Assembly: GCA_022449345.1 (NCBI GenBank)
Contig: JAKURL010000004.1
Location: 19,981-83,980 of the forward strand
Reading direction: 5' to 3'
From: Candidatus Thalassarchaeum sp.
Lineage (GTDB): Archaea; Thermoplasmatota; Poseidoniia; Poseidoniales; Thalassarchaeaceae
DNA: 64,000 bases
Both the position numbers and the translations under genes were made by a program. Of the stretch, positions 1 to 10,245 are shown one piece after another (the stretch's first letter is position 1; the number at the start of each line of letters is the position of its first letter). Below the pieces are notes generated by a model that saw nothing but the letters and a program-made list of their open reading frames with translations, searched no databases and had not been told where the DNA came from.

Positions 1-87
1 AACCAGTTGAAAGAAAAATTCGATGAATTCGAAAAAGTATTCATCGGAGATACTTACGCATTTCAACAAGAATGGCCTTTTCCATGA
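1..87 (+). CDS. 3' end of a CDS running in from the left edge (unknown product)
   Basis: Open frame 1 reads NQLKEKFDEFEKVFIGDTYAFQQEWPFP, then TGA at 85-87; convergent with aspS. Confidence 0.5.
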   Translation, partial: NQLKEKFDEFEKVFIGDTYAFQQEWPFP

Positions 88-94
88 AATTAAT

Positions 95-1504
95 CTATGG
101 GGTGACTCTGTTTCGGTCGCGAGGGAATAATACTACTTCTCGGACATTGCCTGCGCCGGTCAGAATCATCAGCAAGCGGGCTACACCTAGTCCCCATCCT
201 GCGTGCGGCGGAGCACCGTAGCGGAATCCATCTGTGTAGAAGGTAAAGTCGGCTGGTTCCAAGCCCATGTTTCTTAGATTCTGTTCCAAGACATCGACAC
301 GATGCTCACGCTGCCCACCAGATGTCATCTCGTCTCGACCGTAATTGAGATCGAATCCACGGCTTAGCTGCCCTCCTGTGGAGCCTGTCTCATCCTCGTC
401 ATGGAAGATGTAGAATGGCTTCATCGACATTGGCCAGCGAGGCAAAAAGTGGAATCCAGGATACTGAGCCGCGATGATATCACAGTGGTGGCTCTCGATA
501 TCTTCACCCCATTCAATTTCTCCACCGCCCTTCTGAACGATTTCAATCGCATCACAGTAAGGGATGCGTGGGAAAGGCAATTCAGGAACTTCCACCGTTA
601 CTGGCTCTTGACCTTGGCTAACTCTGTATTCGTTGACGACATCGATTAGGTGCTGATCGTTGTCTGCGATTTCACTCCAAATGTGATGGATCATTCTTTC
701 CTGCACCCCCATCACATCCTCATCATTCATCCAGGCGCCTTCGATATCGAAGGAGATGAATTCGTTCAGGTGACGGTATGTGTCGTGCTTCTCAGCACGG
801 AAAGCAGGTCCAATTTCGAATACACGTTCAAGTCCGCCAAGAACTGCCAATTGCTTGTACAACTGAGGTGACTGGCTGAGGAAAGCCGGCGTATCGAAGT
901 ACATCATTGGGAATAGGTTGGTACCACCTTCGCTTGCGCTTGCGATGATTTTTGGCGAATTGATTTCTTGGAAACCCTCGCTGATAAGATAGTCACGCCC
1001 GTACTGCAAAACTCGGCTTCGGAGTTGGAACATGGCATTCACGTGGGTGCGTCGAACATCCAGATGTCTGTTATCTAATCTAATGTCCAATCCTACATTC
1101 ACATCATCTATGATACCAACTGGTAGTGGAGTTTCAGCCGAAGATAGTATGTTTGCACCCGTGACATTAATCTCGTATTCCGGTGGTGGAGTAGGTTCTC
1201 CTTCAGCAACCTTCGGAGGTCGCTTTTGTGCAACATTTCCAGTCACTTGTAGAGTTGACTCTCGCGAGGCAGATTGGACTGCAATAAACGTATCATCGTC
1301 CATATTATCCTTCTTCAGGAAGGCTTGGATGTGGCCGGTCCCGTCACGCAGCATGATGAATGCGATTGCACCTCGGCCACGAACCGTTTCCGCATATCCA
1401 GCAACGGAGACTTGCTCTCCAATCAATTCCGCTCCATTACTCACAATCTGTCCAATTGTGTGGGTGCGGAATGCGGTGGGGTGCCACTCGCTACTGTCGC
1501 GCAT
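95..1504 (-). CDS. aspS: Aspartyl-tRNA synthetase, archaeal type
   Basis: N-terminal OB fold ([20 protein letters not shown]), RLDNRHLD, motif 2 [22 protein letters not shown], motif 3 [10 protein letters not shown]; start placed at ATG 1504 (MRDSSEW). Confidence 0.95.
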   Translation of the reverse strand: MRDSSEWHPTAFRTHTIGQIVSNGAELIGEQVSVAGYAETVRGRGAIAFIMLRDGTGHIQAFLKKDNMDDDTFIAVQSASRESTLQVTGNVAQKRPPKVAEGEPTPPPEYEINVTGANILSSAETPLPVGIIDDVNVGLDIRLDNRHLDVRRTHVNAMFQLRSRVLQYGRDYLISEGFQEINSPKIIASASEGGTNLFPMMYFDTPAFLSQSPQLYKQLAVLGGLERVFEIGPAFRAEKHDTYRHLNEFISFDIEGAWMNDEDVMGVQERMIHHIWSEIADNDQHLIDVVNEYRVSQGQEPVTVEVPELPFPRIPYCDAIEIVQKGGGEIEWGEDIESHHCDIIAAQYPGFHFLPRWPMSMKPFYIFHDEDETGSTGGQLSRGFDLNYGRDEMTSGGQREHRVDVLEQNLRNMGLEPADFTFYTDGFRYGAPPHAGWGLGVARLLMILTGAGNVREVVLFPRDRNRVTP

Positions 1505-1599
1505 GGCTTTGCGTCCGGTCTTCAATTTATGAATCGAATCGAAAGTTTGCTTGATGGCGGGTAATACTACCATAGCACCTCAAGACACTTTAGAGCCGA

Positions 1600-2427
1600 T
1601 TATTCCTCTTCATACTCAGCTATTTTTGCTGCGATTAGCAAGAATGCTGTGTGCCCCATCGGCTGATTTCCCGGCCGTACGCCGCCTTTGGCGGCTTTCG
1701 ACCAACGTCTTTCTACCATTTCACCGGCAAATTCTACAATAAGGCCTGCATCTTCGACCGCGTTCCAAGAATTTTCTAGTTGTGCGGTAGTTGGACAATA
1801 ACAGGCAATTCGACCCCCTATCTTGAGAGTTTGAGAAATATCGGAAACTACGATCCAAGGCTCTGCGATATCGATTATTGCCGCGTCGAGTTCTCCACAA
1901 ATTCCAGCGACTTCTGAAGCGGCATCTTGCAAATCCATCTCCAGCAGTTTCCAGTTAGGAAATTCAGTTGCGAACTCAGCCATTCTCTGCATATTTCCGC
2001 TCCCAACTGTAGCGTGCTCAGGTCGTTTTTCAACCGAAATTAAGCATCCCTTCGATCCCATGACATTGGCTAGGTGCATCGCAAGTCCAGCTGAGCCATG
2101 ACCGCCTTCCAGTACGCGGCTTCCGACACCAATTCCCATCCAAGAAATCAAAAATCCAGAGTCCTTGATTCCAATTGTTTGCGCCCTTCTGTCCATATTG
2201 CGTCGGGCTTCTGGAAGGGCAGCATCTACTATTGTCAGAGATTTCTGTCCAACCTTGATTCGATCACCTATAGAAAATCCATCTAACAACTCACTAGCAT
2301 CAAATCTACCGAGCCCCTTGATTTTGATTTCACCTGAGGTATTATTGACAAGATATGCCCGCCCATCATCTTCTCTTAGAGCTACCCAGTTCGGGAATTT
2401 AGCAGACCCTTCAGCGGTTGACATCAC
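1600..2427 (-). CDS. trmI: tRNA (adenine-N1)-methyltransferase, TrmI/GCD14 family
   Basis: R-AQTI..KD, VLEGGHGSAGL SAM motif, DIAEPW, YCPT..Q, VRP...MGHTAFL. Confidence 0.85.
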   Translation of the reverse strand: MMSTAEGSAKFPNWVALREDDGRAYLVNNTSGEIKIKGLGRFDASELLDGFSIGDRIKVGQKSLTIVDAALPEARRNMDRRAQTIGIKDSGFLISWMGIGVGSRVLEGGHGSAGLAMHLANVMGSKGCLISVEKRPEHATVGSGNMQRMAEFATEFPNWKLLEMDLQDAASEVAGICGELDAAIIDIAEPWIVVSDISQTLKIGGRIACYCPTTAQLENSWNAVEDAGLIVEFAGEMVERRWSKAAKGGVRPGNQPMGHTAFLLIAAKIAEYEEE

Positions 2428-2535
2428 TAACTCTTGTAAGGGTCATTTAATTCAATACCTTCGATTCTTCATTCCGCAAATCCTTCTAAATTCGACCCTT
2501 AAGGGTCGTTGTTGTTATGGAATCAATATTGAGGT

Positions 2536-5500
2536 ATGTATAAAGGAATAGGATTCAGCCCCAAAATCATGGTTCTAGCCTTGCGCGTGAAAAAACTATC
2601 CTCGGTCTCAATGACATTTCTTGTTTTGACAATGTCCGCTATAGGATATTTCGCAATAGAGGAACAGAGTGCAGAGAGAGAAGAATTGCATGCAAAAGAT
2701 ATGCCGAGATTTGCGACTAGTCCGGGCCATTCAGTATTCGGTGAATATGTAGGAGCACATTGGTGTGGCCCTTGCATGGGAAGTGCCTCACCCTCCTTGG
2801 TTAATCTGAAGAATAGCAATTCTGAGGATTTCACCTACGTATCTTTCTTCGAGGGTGCTTCTACAGGATGGCCATCTGATGGGCCTGTTAACAGACAGAA
2901 CCACATTATGGCAAATTCGGGGGGATATCCAACATTTGCTTTCTCTGACGAAACCTCAGGTTCGTGCTACAAGGTTGGTTCCGCGGGAACAAATTACTAC
3001 GATGCCGACTTTAGCACTGGAGGTTGTATGCACGCCGATGCGAGTGATTTCAGCATGGAGATGGGCGTCTCCTTGGATTCCGCTGGCGATACAGTAACTA
3101 CCTCCTTAGAAATCACCTACCTAGGTGCTAACGACATTACCGTGTATGTTTACGGAGCGATTACTGAGAAATTAGGTGCAGAGGCATATGACGATGGAAG
3201 CAGACCTCACCACGTATGGCGAGAGTGGCTTCTATCGGATGAAAATGAGTTCACCGAGGTTACCTTGACTCCAAATCAGGCCGAGACCTTGACTTGGGAT
3301 AAACCACTAAACACAGTTCGTGCTGGTGGTGGAAACACACAATGGGAAAACTTCTGGCCAATATTCGCCCTGATGGATGGAGATTATTCAACATACAACG
3401 AGGTTTACGCCGCAATAGACCTAGACATGGGTCCATTGATCGACATAGGAATCGTTGATTTCGAAGCTCGTAATGCGAACGGAAACACTGGATTCGTTGC
3501 TGGAGACATTCTGGACCTAGAGGTCAATATTGCCAACAATGGAGCGGAAGAATACAATGACGGTGGTGGCATCGATATCTACCACCTTAGCGGTGGACAG
3601 GAAATACTCCTTGGTGGAATTTCAATCAACCAACTTTCAGTAGGTGGAACTCAGTCCTACTCTACAACGTTTGACACTAGCGATATCACTCTGGCTCCAT
3701 CAGGAACCTCTTCTTTTAGAGCGCGAATCTCAGGAATGGTCGGCGACCGTGTTCCAACCAATGATTACCAAGATGATCTTGCTCTACATGACATGCCTCC
3801 AGTTCCCAACCGCCCAGTTGCAGTTGCAGAATCTAGTGTAGAACGTGGAACTGCAATTCAGTTTGAGTCCACTGCTCTACCGAATGACCTTGTTGATGAC
3901 ATGTCAACCATGAGCGCAGAGTTGCAATACAGCATTCATGGGACTGGCTCTTGGGACGATACTTGGATTACCTCCATCGACATGGTAGGAAGTGGTGGAA
4001 ATTCCCGATACATTCACACAATTACACCACCGATGACATCTCAGTCAGGATTCTATGATATTCGAATTCAATGGACCGATGCAGGCGGACAAAAGTCAGA
4101 TTGGGAAGTCACTGAAAATGCCTTTGAGTTACGAAATGCTATGCCTCGAATTCTTCAAGCAGGGGATGAGGGTTACGGCGGAGTACCAACCGTCAAGGTT
4201 GACACCGTTGAAGCTGTGTCAATCGTTGGACTGGTAAGCGATGCAGAAACTCCACACTCTGAACTAATTATTGATTCAAATGCATACCAGTTCATTTCTT
4301 TTGACCCAGAGACTCTGGAAATCAGTGTTCAATTCGACGAGATTTTCTACGACAGTCATGGTAACTCGGTCTCACAGGGTATTTTCATTACCGTAGGGGA
4401 TGGAGAAGATTTCAGTTCTGGAACTTTGATGTTCAATGTAATTGAAAATGGTCAACCCCGCTGGAGCGGTGTACCAACTCAGGCTTTCGATGAGGGAGGT
4501 TCTGCCAGTCTAATTCTCACTGAATTCCTTTCGGACACAGATGACAATGGTAATCCCGTACCTGCGAACACATTGTCGCTGTCTATTGTCAGTATCAGTG
4601 ATGAGTCCTTGATGACAGCCGAAATTTATAGTCAAACCCTCAACGTCGCTGCAGTCGACGACGACAGTTATGGCATGGCTGAAATTGTAATTCGGGCATC
4701 CGACGGAGTCAAGGAATCCGACACTGTAATCACATTCCACATTAACAACATAAACGACGCACCTGTTATTGATTTGGGTGAATACATTAACCCAATTATT
4801 CAGACTGGTGACCGTCTAAACATCAATGTGATAGATTTGGTTACTGACGTCGATGATCCAGCAGATGAGATTTGGATTACAGTCACTACTTTCGTTCCTG
4901 GAGCTGTACAGTACAACCCGATCTCAGGTCTAGCCACAATGAGTTGGGATGAGGCTGGTGAAGAGATGGTGACAGTTACTGCAGAAGATCGCCATGGGGC
5001 TTCAAGCGCTGCAATTATGACCGTTAATGTGGTAGATGACCTTCCACTTCTATGGGTGGATGCAACAGGTTATGGAGACCTAGTAGTGAATATGGATACC
5101 ACTGAGTATGATTCAAATCCAAGCGTTACAATTGCCAACGCCGGTTCCCTTGAACTTTCGGAAATCGAGGTTCGATGGAGTGTTTGTAACAGCATTACAG
5201 GAATCTGTAACGACTTTGGAATCTCTCACAACTTTGGACCATTCATCGTTCTAGCCAACAGTGGAGAGGGCCTCAAAGTAGGGGATTACGTCACCCTCTC
5301 GGTCAATGCTTTGGACTCGAATGGATTTGATCGCTCAACTCAAGAACAGTTCAAGGCTTACGCGACTGAGCCTGTTGATGTAATATTGGAAGAATCTGAG
5401 GATGAAGGAAACCAAGGCAAGAGTTCCCTCTCAGTAATGACGACTGGACTTATGGCAATCGGAATCATGCTCTCACTTGCTCTCGTATTGGGGCTAGCAA

Positions 5501-5721
5501 TTGTATTGCAGAGGCAACGCCGAGATGGCGTGGGTGCGGAAGTTTACGATGATTACGATTATTCTGGCTACGAAGAGCCTGAGCCGAGTCCATTATCAGT
5601 ACCTCCACCACCACCTGGAATGGCTCCTCCATTGCCACCAGAAGGGCTACCTGCTGGTTGGACTTTGGAACAATGGAATTACTATGGTGAAGAGTATCTT
5701 CGACGCCGAGAGCAGTCATAA
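2536..5721 (+). CDS. Large membrane-anchored surface protein: thioredoxin/Omp28-like CxxC domain, CARDB/cadherin-like Ig domains, C-terminal TM and Pro-rich tail
   Basis: N-terminal hydrophobic segment, HWCGPC, NxNDAP/DxDD cadherin-like motifs, TM (GLMAIGIMLSLALVLGLAIVL) followed by QRQRR; start may instead be ATG 2569 (TATAAA at 2539-2544). Confidence 0.8.
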   Translation: MYKGIGFSPKIMVLALRVKKLSSVSMTFLVLTMSAIGYFAIEEQSAEREELHAKDMPRFATSPGHSVFGEYVGAHWCGPCMGSASPSLVNLKNSNSEDFTYVSFFEGASTGWPSDGPVNRQNHIMANSGGYPTFAFSDETSGSCYKVGSAGTNYYDADFSTGGCMHADASDFSMEMGVSLDSAGDTVTTSLEITYLGANDITVYVYGAITEKLGAEAYDDGSRPHHVWREWLLSDENEFTEVTLTPNQAETLTWDKPLNTVRAGGGNTQWENFWPIFALMDGDYSTYNEVYAAIDLDMGPLIDIGIVDFEARNANGNTGFVAGDILDLEVNIANNGAEEYNDGGGIDIYHLSGGQEILLGGISINQLSVGGTQSYSTTFDTSDITLAPSGTSSFRARISGMVGDRVPTNDYQDDLALHDMPPVPNRPVAVAESSVERGTAIQFESTALPNDLVDDMSTMSAELQYSIHGTGSWDDTWITSIDMVGSGGNSRYIHTITPPMTSQSGFYDIRIQWTDAGGQKSDWEVTENAFELRNAMPRILQAGDEGYGGVPTVKVDTVEAVSIVGLVSDAETPHSELIIDSNAYQFISFDPETLEISVQFDEIFYDSHGNSVSQGIFITVGDGEDFSSGTLMFNVIENGQPRWSGVPTQAFDEGGSASLILTEFLSDTDDNGNPVPANTLSLSIVSISDESLMTAEIYSQTLNVAAVDDDSYGMAEIVIRASDGVKESDTVITFHINNINDAPVIDLGEYINPIIQTGDRLNINVIDLVTDVDDPADEIWITVTTFVPGAVQYNPISGLATMSWDEAGEEMVTVTAEDRHGASSAAIMTVNVVDDLPLLWVDATGYGDLVVNMDTTEYDSNPSVTIANAGSLELSEIEVRWSVCNSITGICNDFGISHNFGPFIVLANSGEGLKVGDYVTLSVNALDSNGFDRSTQEQFKAYATEPVDVILEESEDEGNQGKSSLSVMTTGLMAIGIMLSLALVLGLAIVLQRQRRDGVGAEVYDDYDYSGYEEPEPSPLSVPPPPPGMAPPLPPEGLPAGWTLEQWNYYGEEYLRRREQS

Positions 5722-5792
5722 TCGGACTGAATTACCCATAACGCACCTTCAAGAAGGTGCTCTAGTCAGGCAGAACCCCGAGGGGATGCACG

Positions 5793-7823
5793 ATGAGCGA
5801 TGAGGAGGCTCCTATTGACCCACTTGAGTCGTGGGAAGACGGTGCTGCTTTCGGCGTCGCCGATGACAAAGATCCAGTGTGCAAAACACCGGTTGAGGAA
5901 TGGGCAGAAGAACTTGACATAGTGTCAACAGAAGAAGTTCCAATTCCGGACAAACTTGTTGATCAGGTGATTGGCCAAGAGGCCGCATCAATCATCGTTC
6001 GCAAGGCTGCAGAGCAACGCCGACACATGATCATGGTTGGTGAGCCAGGAACGGGAAAATCAATGCTGGCTCGTTCGATGACCGAGTTCTTACCAAAGGA
6101 ACAATTGGAGGATATTCTTGTCTATCGAAATCATGAGGATGAGAATGAACCTCGAATCAGAACTGTTCCTGCCGGACGAGGTTCAAGCATTATCTCGGAA
6201 CGCCGTGCACAAATCAAACAACAGCGAGAGAGAACCAATCGAACATTACTATTCATCGCTCTAGTTGTTGGAGCAGCCTTGTTGCTTGCTACAATCTCTT
6301 CAGGTGAGATGTTGACATTCATCTTCGGCTCGTTCTTACTAGTCTTCGGATATTTCTTCCTTCGAACTCGACTAAATGCAGGCGAAGAGGGCAATATCCC
6401 GAAATTGTTAGTCAAACATGAAAGAAATGAAGAGGTGCCCTTTATCGATGCCACAGGCACACTCGCTGGAGCTCTACTAGGAGATGTGCGACACGACCCA
6501 TTCCAGTCCGGTGCTGACCTTGCCACTCCTGCTCACGAAAGGGTCGAACCGGGTGCAGTTCACCGTGCAAACAAGGGTGTTCTGTATATCGATGAGATTC
6601 GCATGTTGAGAATGGAGGAGCAGCAAGCTCTCTTGGTCGCTATGCAGGAGAAGGCCCTATCAATCTCTGGCCGCTCTGAGCGCAGCAGCGGTGCTCTAAC
6701 CAAGTCAGAACCAGTGCCAACCGATTTCATTCTCATTGCGGCAGGTAATCTAGATAGTGTTCAGAATATGCACCCGGCTCTTCGAAGCCGAATTCGTGGC
6801 TATGGTTACGAGGTCTACGTCAATACCGATATGCGCGACACTGAAAGAAATCGCCGTCGCCTAGTAAGATTCGTCGCACAAGAAGTTCGCAACGAGATGC
6901 TGAAGGATAGTGGAAAGTCGATTCCACACTTTGACAAAGCAGCGGTTGGCTTAGTCCTCAAAGAGGCTCAACGCCGAAGCGGTCGCCGTGGAAAACTATC
7001 ACTTAGACTTCGTGAATTGGGTGGTCTGGTCAGAATTGCCGGAGACCTCGCAGCAGAGGAAAAAGCCTCATTGGTCTCAACTGAACATGTTGTACGCGCG
7101 CGAGCGATTGCCAAACCTCTGGAACAACAGGTCGCTGATCGATATCTTGAGCGCCAGTCGGAATATGCAATGCTGGTAAATCGAGGCGAGCGCATTGGTC
7201 GTGTAAACGGTCTAGCCGTTCTCGGTGCTGACACTGGCCTTTCGGATTATTCCGGTGTGGTTCTACCGGTCGAGGCAATGGTCACACCAGCACAGGGTCG
7301 ATCAGGCCAAGTTATCGCTACAGGTGGTCTGTCAGACTTGGCTAAGGAATCGGTTACCAACATCAGTGCTGTTGTCAAGAAATTGACAGGTAAAGACATT
7401 CAGGACTACGACTTACATGTTCAGTTCCCAGGCACTCACAACGTCGATGGTGACAGTGCTTCGATTACCATGGCACTTGCGATTATCAGCGCATTTGAAG
7501 GAGTTCCAATCGATCAGAACCTCGCAATGACTGGTTCACTTACCGTTCGGGGAGAGGTTCTACCAATCGGCGGCGTCTCGGCGAAGATTGAAGCCGCTGT
7601 CAAATCAGGAATCGAGAGAGTGATTATCCCTCGCAGCAACCTGCAAGATGTTCTAATCGACGAGAAATACGAATCGATGGTAGAAGTCCTTCCTGTAGAT
7701 TCTCTCGATGAAGTGCTACAACATGCACTTGTTGGGGCTGAGGAGAAAGTCAGCCTAGTAGAGAGGCTAGCCAACGTCATCGATACTATATCGAGTGGAC
7801 CAGACACTCAGCCTAGTGCATAA
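5793..7823 (+). CDS. lonB: Membrane-bound ATP-dependent protease LonB
   Basis: DQVIGQE, Walker A GEPGTGKS, two TM insert, LLGDVRHDPFQSG, Walker B LYIDE, catalytic DGDSAS and AKIEAA. Confidence 0.97.
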   Translation: MSDEEAPIDPLESWEDGAAFGVADDKDPVCKTPVEEWAEELDIVSTEEVPIPDKLVDQVIGQEAASIIVRKAAEQRRHMIMVGEPGTGKSMLARSMTEFLPKEQLEDILVYRNHEDENEPRIRTVPAGRGSSIISERRAQIKQQRERTNRTLLFIALVVGAALLLATISSGEMLTFIFGSFLLVFGYFFLRTRLNAGEEGNIPKLLVKHERNEEVPFIDATGTLAGALLGDVRHDPFQSGADLATPAHERVEPGAVHRANKGVLYIDEIRMLRMEEQQALLVAMQEKALSISGRSERSSGALTKSEPVPTDFILIAAGNLDSVQNMHPALRSRIRGYGYEVYVNTDMRDTERNRRRLVRFVAQEVRNEMLKDSGKSIPHFDKAAVGLVLKEAQRRSGRRGKLSLRLRELGGLVRIAGDLAAEEKASLVSTEHVVRARAIAKPLEQQVADRYLERQSEYAMLVNRGERIGRVNGLAVLGADTGLSDYSGVVLPVEAMVTPAQGRSGQVIATGGLSDLAKESVTNISAVVKKLTGKDIQDYDLHVQFPGTHNVDGDSASITMALAIISAFEGVPIDQNLAMTGSLTVRGEVLPIGGVSAKIEAAVKSGIERVIIPRSNLQDVLIDEKYESMVEVLPVDSLDEVLQHALVGAEEKVSLVERLANVIDTISSGPDTQPSA

Positions 7824-7896
7824 TCACACGATTTTTCGCTAATTGTAGGGACGCCTAATTCAAGTTCCGTCTACACGCCGTTAGGCAGGGGATTGG

Positions 7897-8742
7897 ATGG
7901 CCGCACCTGCAATAGTAGTTCATGGAGGCGCCGGAGCTGGACCTGAAAGATTGCCCAACCTGGAATCGGCCATAGAAGCCGCACGTAGTGCCTTTGAGTC
8001 AGACGGAGATGCGATTCAAGCCGCCGTAGAGGCCTGCGTTGTACTAGAGGATGATCCTGTATTCAATGCGGGAACAGGTAGTGTCATGAGGAATGATGGT
8101 TCGGTACTAACCGATGCCTCGCTACAGGTATCTGATGGTAGAATGGGATTTGTCGCTGTAATGGAAAATACACCGAATCCCATTCGAATTTGTGTTGACC
8201 TCCTCGATGAGGAAATCAACGGCCTTGCCGGAGCAGGTGCTCGAGCATGGGCCGACAAACGCGGCCATCTCAATGCAGAGGTAGTCGGAAGGCCACCAAA
8301 AGGCAACAAAGGAGACGTAGGTAGGTTGGGAGGTGCTATGCCGGAGGCAGACACCGACACAGTAGGTGCGATTGCGAGGGATGCCTCTGGATTAATTGCC
8401 GCAGCAACCAGTACAGGAGGCACTTCCTACAGACCTGCAGGTCGCGTTGGTGATGTACCCTTGCCCGGATGTGGCTTTTGGGTTGAAGAGGGTCTCGGGG
8501 TTGCAGCTACCGGAGTTGGTGAAGCGATAACCACCGCACTACTTTCCTATCGTGTACATCAACAAATTCAGAGTTGGGAAGAGATTACCCCTCAGGCTCT
8601 TGAATCGGGAATGCATTGGGGAATTAGAGAATTAATCAAGCCGGAAACTGCAGTTGGAATAATCTCTTTGGGATCCAAAGGCGAGGGTTCTGGGGTTGCT
8701 AATACAGATATGCCTTGGGCCACTTGGTGTTTAGAATCTTGA
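7897..8742 (+). CDS. Isoaspartyl peptidase/L-asparaginase (Ntn hydrolase)
   Basis: VVHGGAG, LEDDPVFNAGTGS, DTVGAIA autocleavage Thr, ATSTGG, GRVGD, TGVGE. Confidence 0.92.
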   Translation: MAAPAIVVHGGAGAGPERLPNLESAIEAARSAFESDGDAIQAAVEACVVLEDDPVFNAGTGSVMRNDGSVLTDASLQVSDGRMGFVAVMENTPNPIRICVDLLDEEINGLAGAGARAWADKRGHLNAEVVGRPPKGNKGDVGRLGGAMPEADTDTVGAIARDASGLIAAATSTGGTSYRPAGRVGDVPLPGCGFWVEEGLGVAATGVGEAITTALLSYRVHQQIQSWEEITPQALESGMHWGIRELIKPETAVGIISLGSKGEGSGVANTDMPWATWCLES

Positions 8743-8812
8743 ATTGAATTCTTCATTGACGGGGATGCGCTTAAACAGGGGTCGCTGGTGGGCCTGCCGT
8801 TGGAGGCATCGT

Positions 8813-9088
8813 ATGTCGGACATAGAGCCTCGCGTTCAGCAAATTGCTCAGGTCCTCGGTCAGTTAGAGGACACACAAGTACCTCGTAACATTCGCAACT
8901 CAGCCCGTGATGCCGTACAGAAATGGCTGCTCAACAAAGACAAGGAAATGGACATCCGCTTGGGAATGACAGCAAGTATTCTCGATGAAATCTTCAATGA
9001 TGCGAATTTGCCAATCCATTATGGTCCACTCTGTCTCCAGATTCAGACTGCACTTGAGGCTCTTCTGAATGAGGTTCGGGACTCCTAA
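8813..9088 (+). CDS. UPF0147 family protein
   Basis: DTQVPRNIR ... ILDEIFNDANLP signature; GGAGG SD upstream of ATG 8813. Confidence 0.8.
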   Translation: MSDIEPRVQQIAQVLGQLEDTQVPRNIRNSARDAVQKWLLNKDKEMDIRLGMTASILDEIFNDANLPIHYGPLCLQIQTALEALLNEVRDS

Positions 9089-9096
9089 GCCTTGAA

Positions 9097-10245
9097 GTGC
9101 AAAAGGCTCACATCGTAGTTGGGGATCTCTTGTCAGACTGGACCAACCTCTCGTTTGCGAATGTTGCTACAACATCTCCCGCAGCTCACAAGGCCTCGAT
9201 GGATTGGTCTGCTGCACTGGCTAGGGGTGGAGCGGCTGAATTTGATGGTGAGGCTGAGAAAAATGGAATGCTACCTCTCCGCCAAGCCGCCGCTAGATTA
9301 CTCTCATGCGGAGTTGAAGATGTATGTGTGGGATCCAGCGCAACCGAGTTACTTTGTTCCATAGCATGGGCTGTTTGGCCCAATAAAGGTAGCAATATCG
9401 TCTCCACGCGTTCTTCTTTCCCTTCCACGGTTTACCCTTGGTCAAGAGTGGCAGAATCTAGCGGGGCTGAAATCCGACTTGCAAATCACGACTCAAATCT
9501 ATACACAAATCCTGATGATATTCTAGAGTTAATTGACGAGAACACATCGGTTGTCACCCTATCTCATATCGAATTCTCAAATGGACAAAGATACGACCTA
9601 GAGAAATTTGCTAATGCAGCCCATTCGGTCGGTGCAATACTGGTGATTGATGCAACTCAATCAATGGGCATGTTCCCAATCAATGCGCATTCTTGTGGTG
9701 CAGATGTCCTTGTCTCATCCGGGTACAAGTGGCTCAGGGGAACTTACGGCGCCGCTGTTGGATATATTTCACCTTCAATTCGCTTGAATTTGAATCCAGG
9801 TTTGGTTGGATTCCGAAGTCACGCCGACATATGGGATCTTCGAGCGGATAGGATGGATTTTCCACAAGATGCTAGCCGATTCGAATACACTACGATTCAT
9901 TTTGGAGCTGTATTAGGATTGGCGGCTGCTGTTGAGGAAATTTGTGAAATTGGTATCGAGCAGGTTTGGGCACATGACTTGTCCCTAGCAGACGCTGTTG
10001 CAGAGGGAGCGGATCAGTTGGGCCTCAGCGTGGTATCGCCTATGTCGGTAAAGGAAAGGAGTGCAATAGTCAGCCTTAGGATGCCAGTGGGAATTAGCAG
10101 CGAAGAGATTGCTCAAAGGCTGCAAGACGAATACTCAATCCTAGTAACTAGCAGATCGGGTTTCCTCAGAGTATCTCCTCATCTCGACAATACGATTGAC
10201 GAAGTTAATTCGTTAATCTCTGCACTAGAAGAAATACTCTCATAA
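9097..10245 (+). CDS. Class V PLP-dependent aminotransferase/lyase (cysteine desulfurase-like, no catalytic Cys)
   Basis: VIDATQSMG, SSGYKWLRG (PLP Lys), RFEYTT, LRVSPHLDN. Confidence 0.8.
   Translation: MQKAHIVVGDLLSDWTNLSFANVATTSPAAHKASMDWSAALARGGAAEFDGEAEKNGMLPLRQAAARLLSCGVEDVCVGSSATELLCSIAWAVWPNKGSNIVSTRSSFPSTVYPWSRVAESSGAEIRLANHDSNLYTNPDDILELIDENTSVVTLSHIEFSNGQRYDLEKFANAAHSVGAILVIDATQSMGMFPINAHSCGADVLVSSGYKWLRGTYGAAVGYISPSIRLNLNPGLVGFRSHADIWDLRADRMDFPQDASRFEYTTIHFGAVLGLAAAVEEICEIGIEQVWAHDLSLADAVAEGADQLGLSVVSPMSVKERSAIVSLRMPVGISSEEIAQRLQDEYSILVTSRSGFLRVSPHLDNTIDEVNSLISALEEILS

Noticed and set aside
95..1504. Assigning AspRS as discriminating or non-discriminating
   Set aside because: The anticodon-domain residues and a long Pro-rich loop match neither pattern clearly by eye
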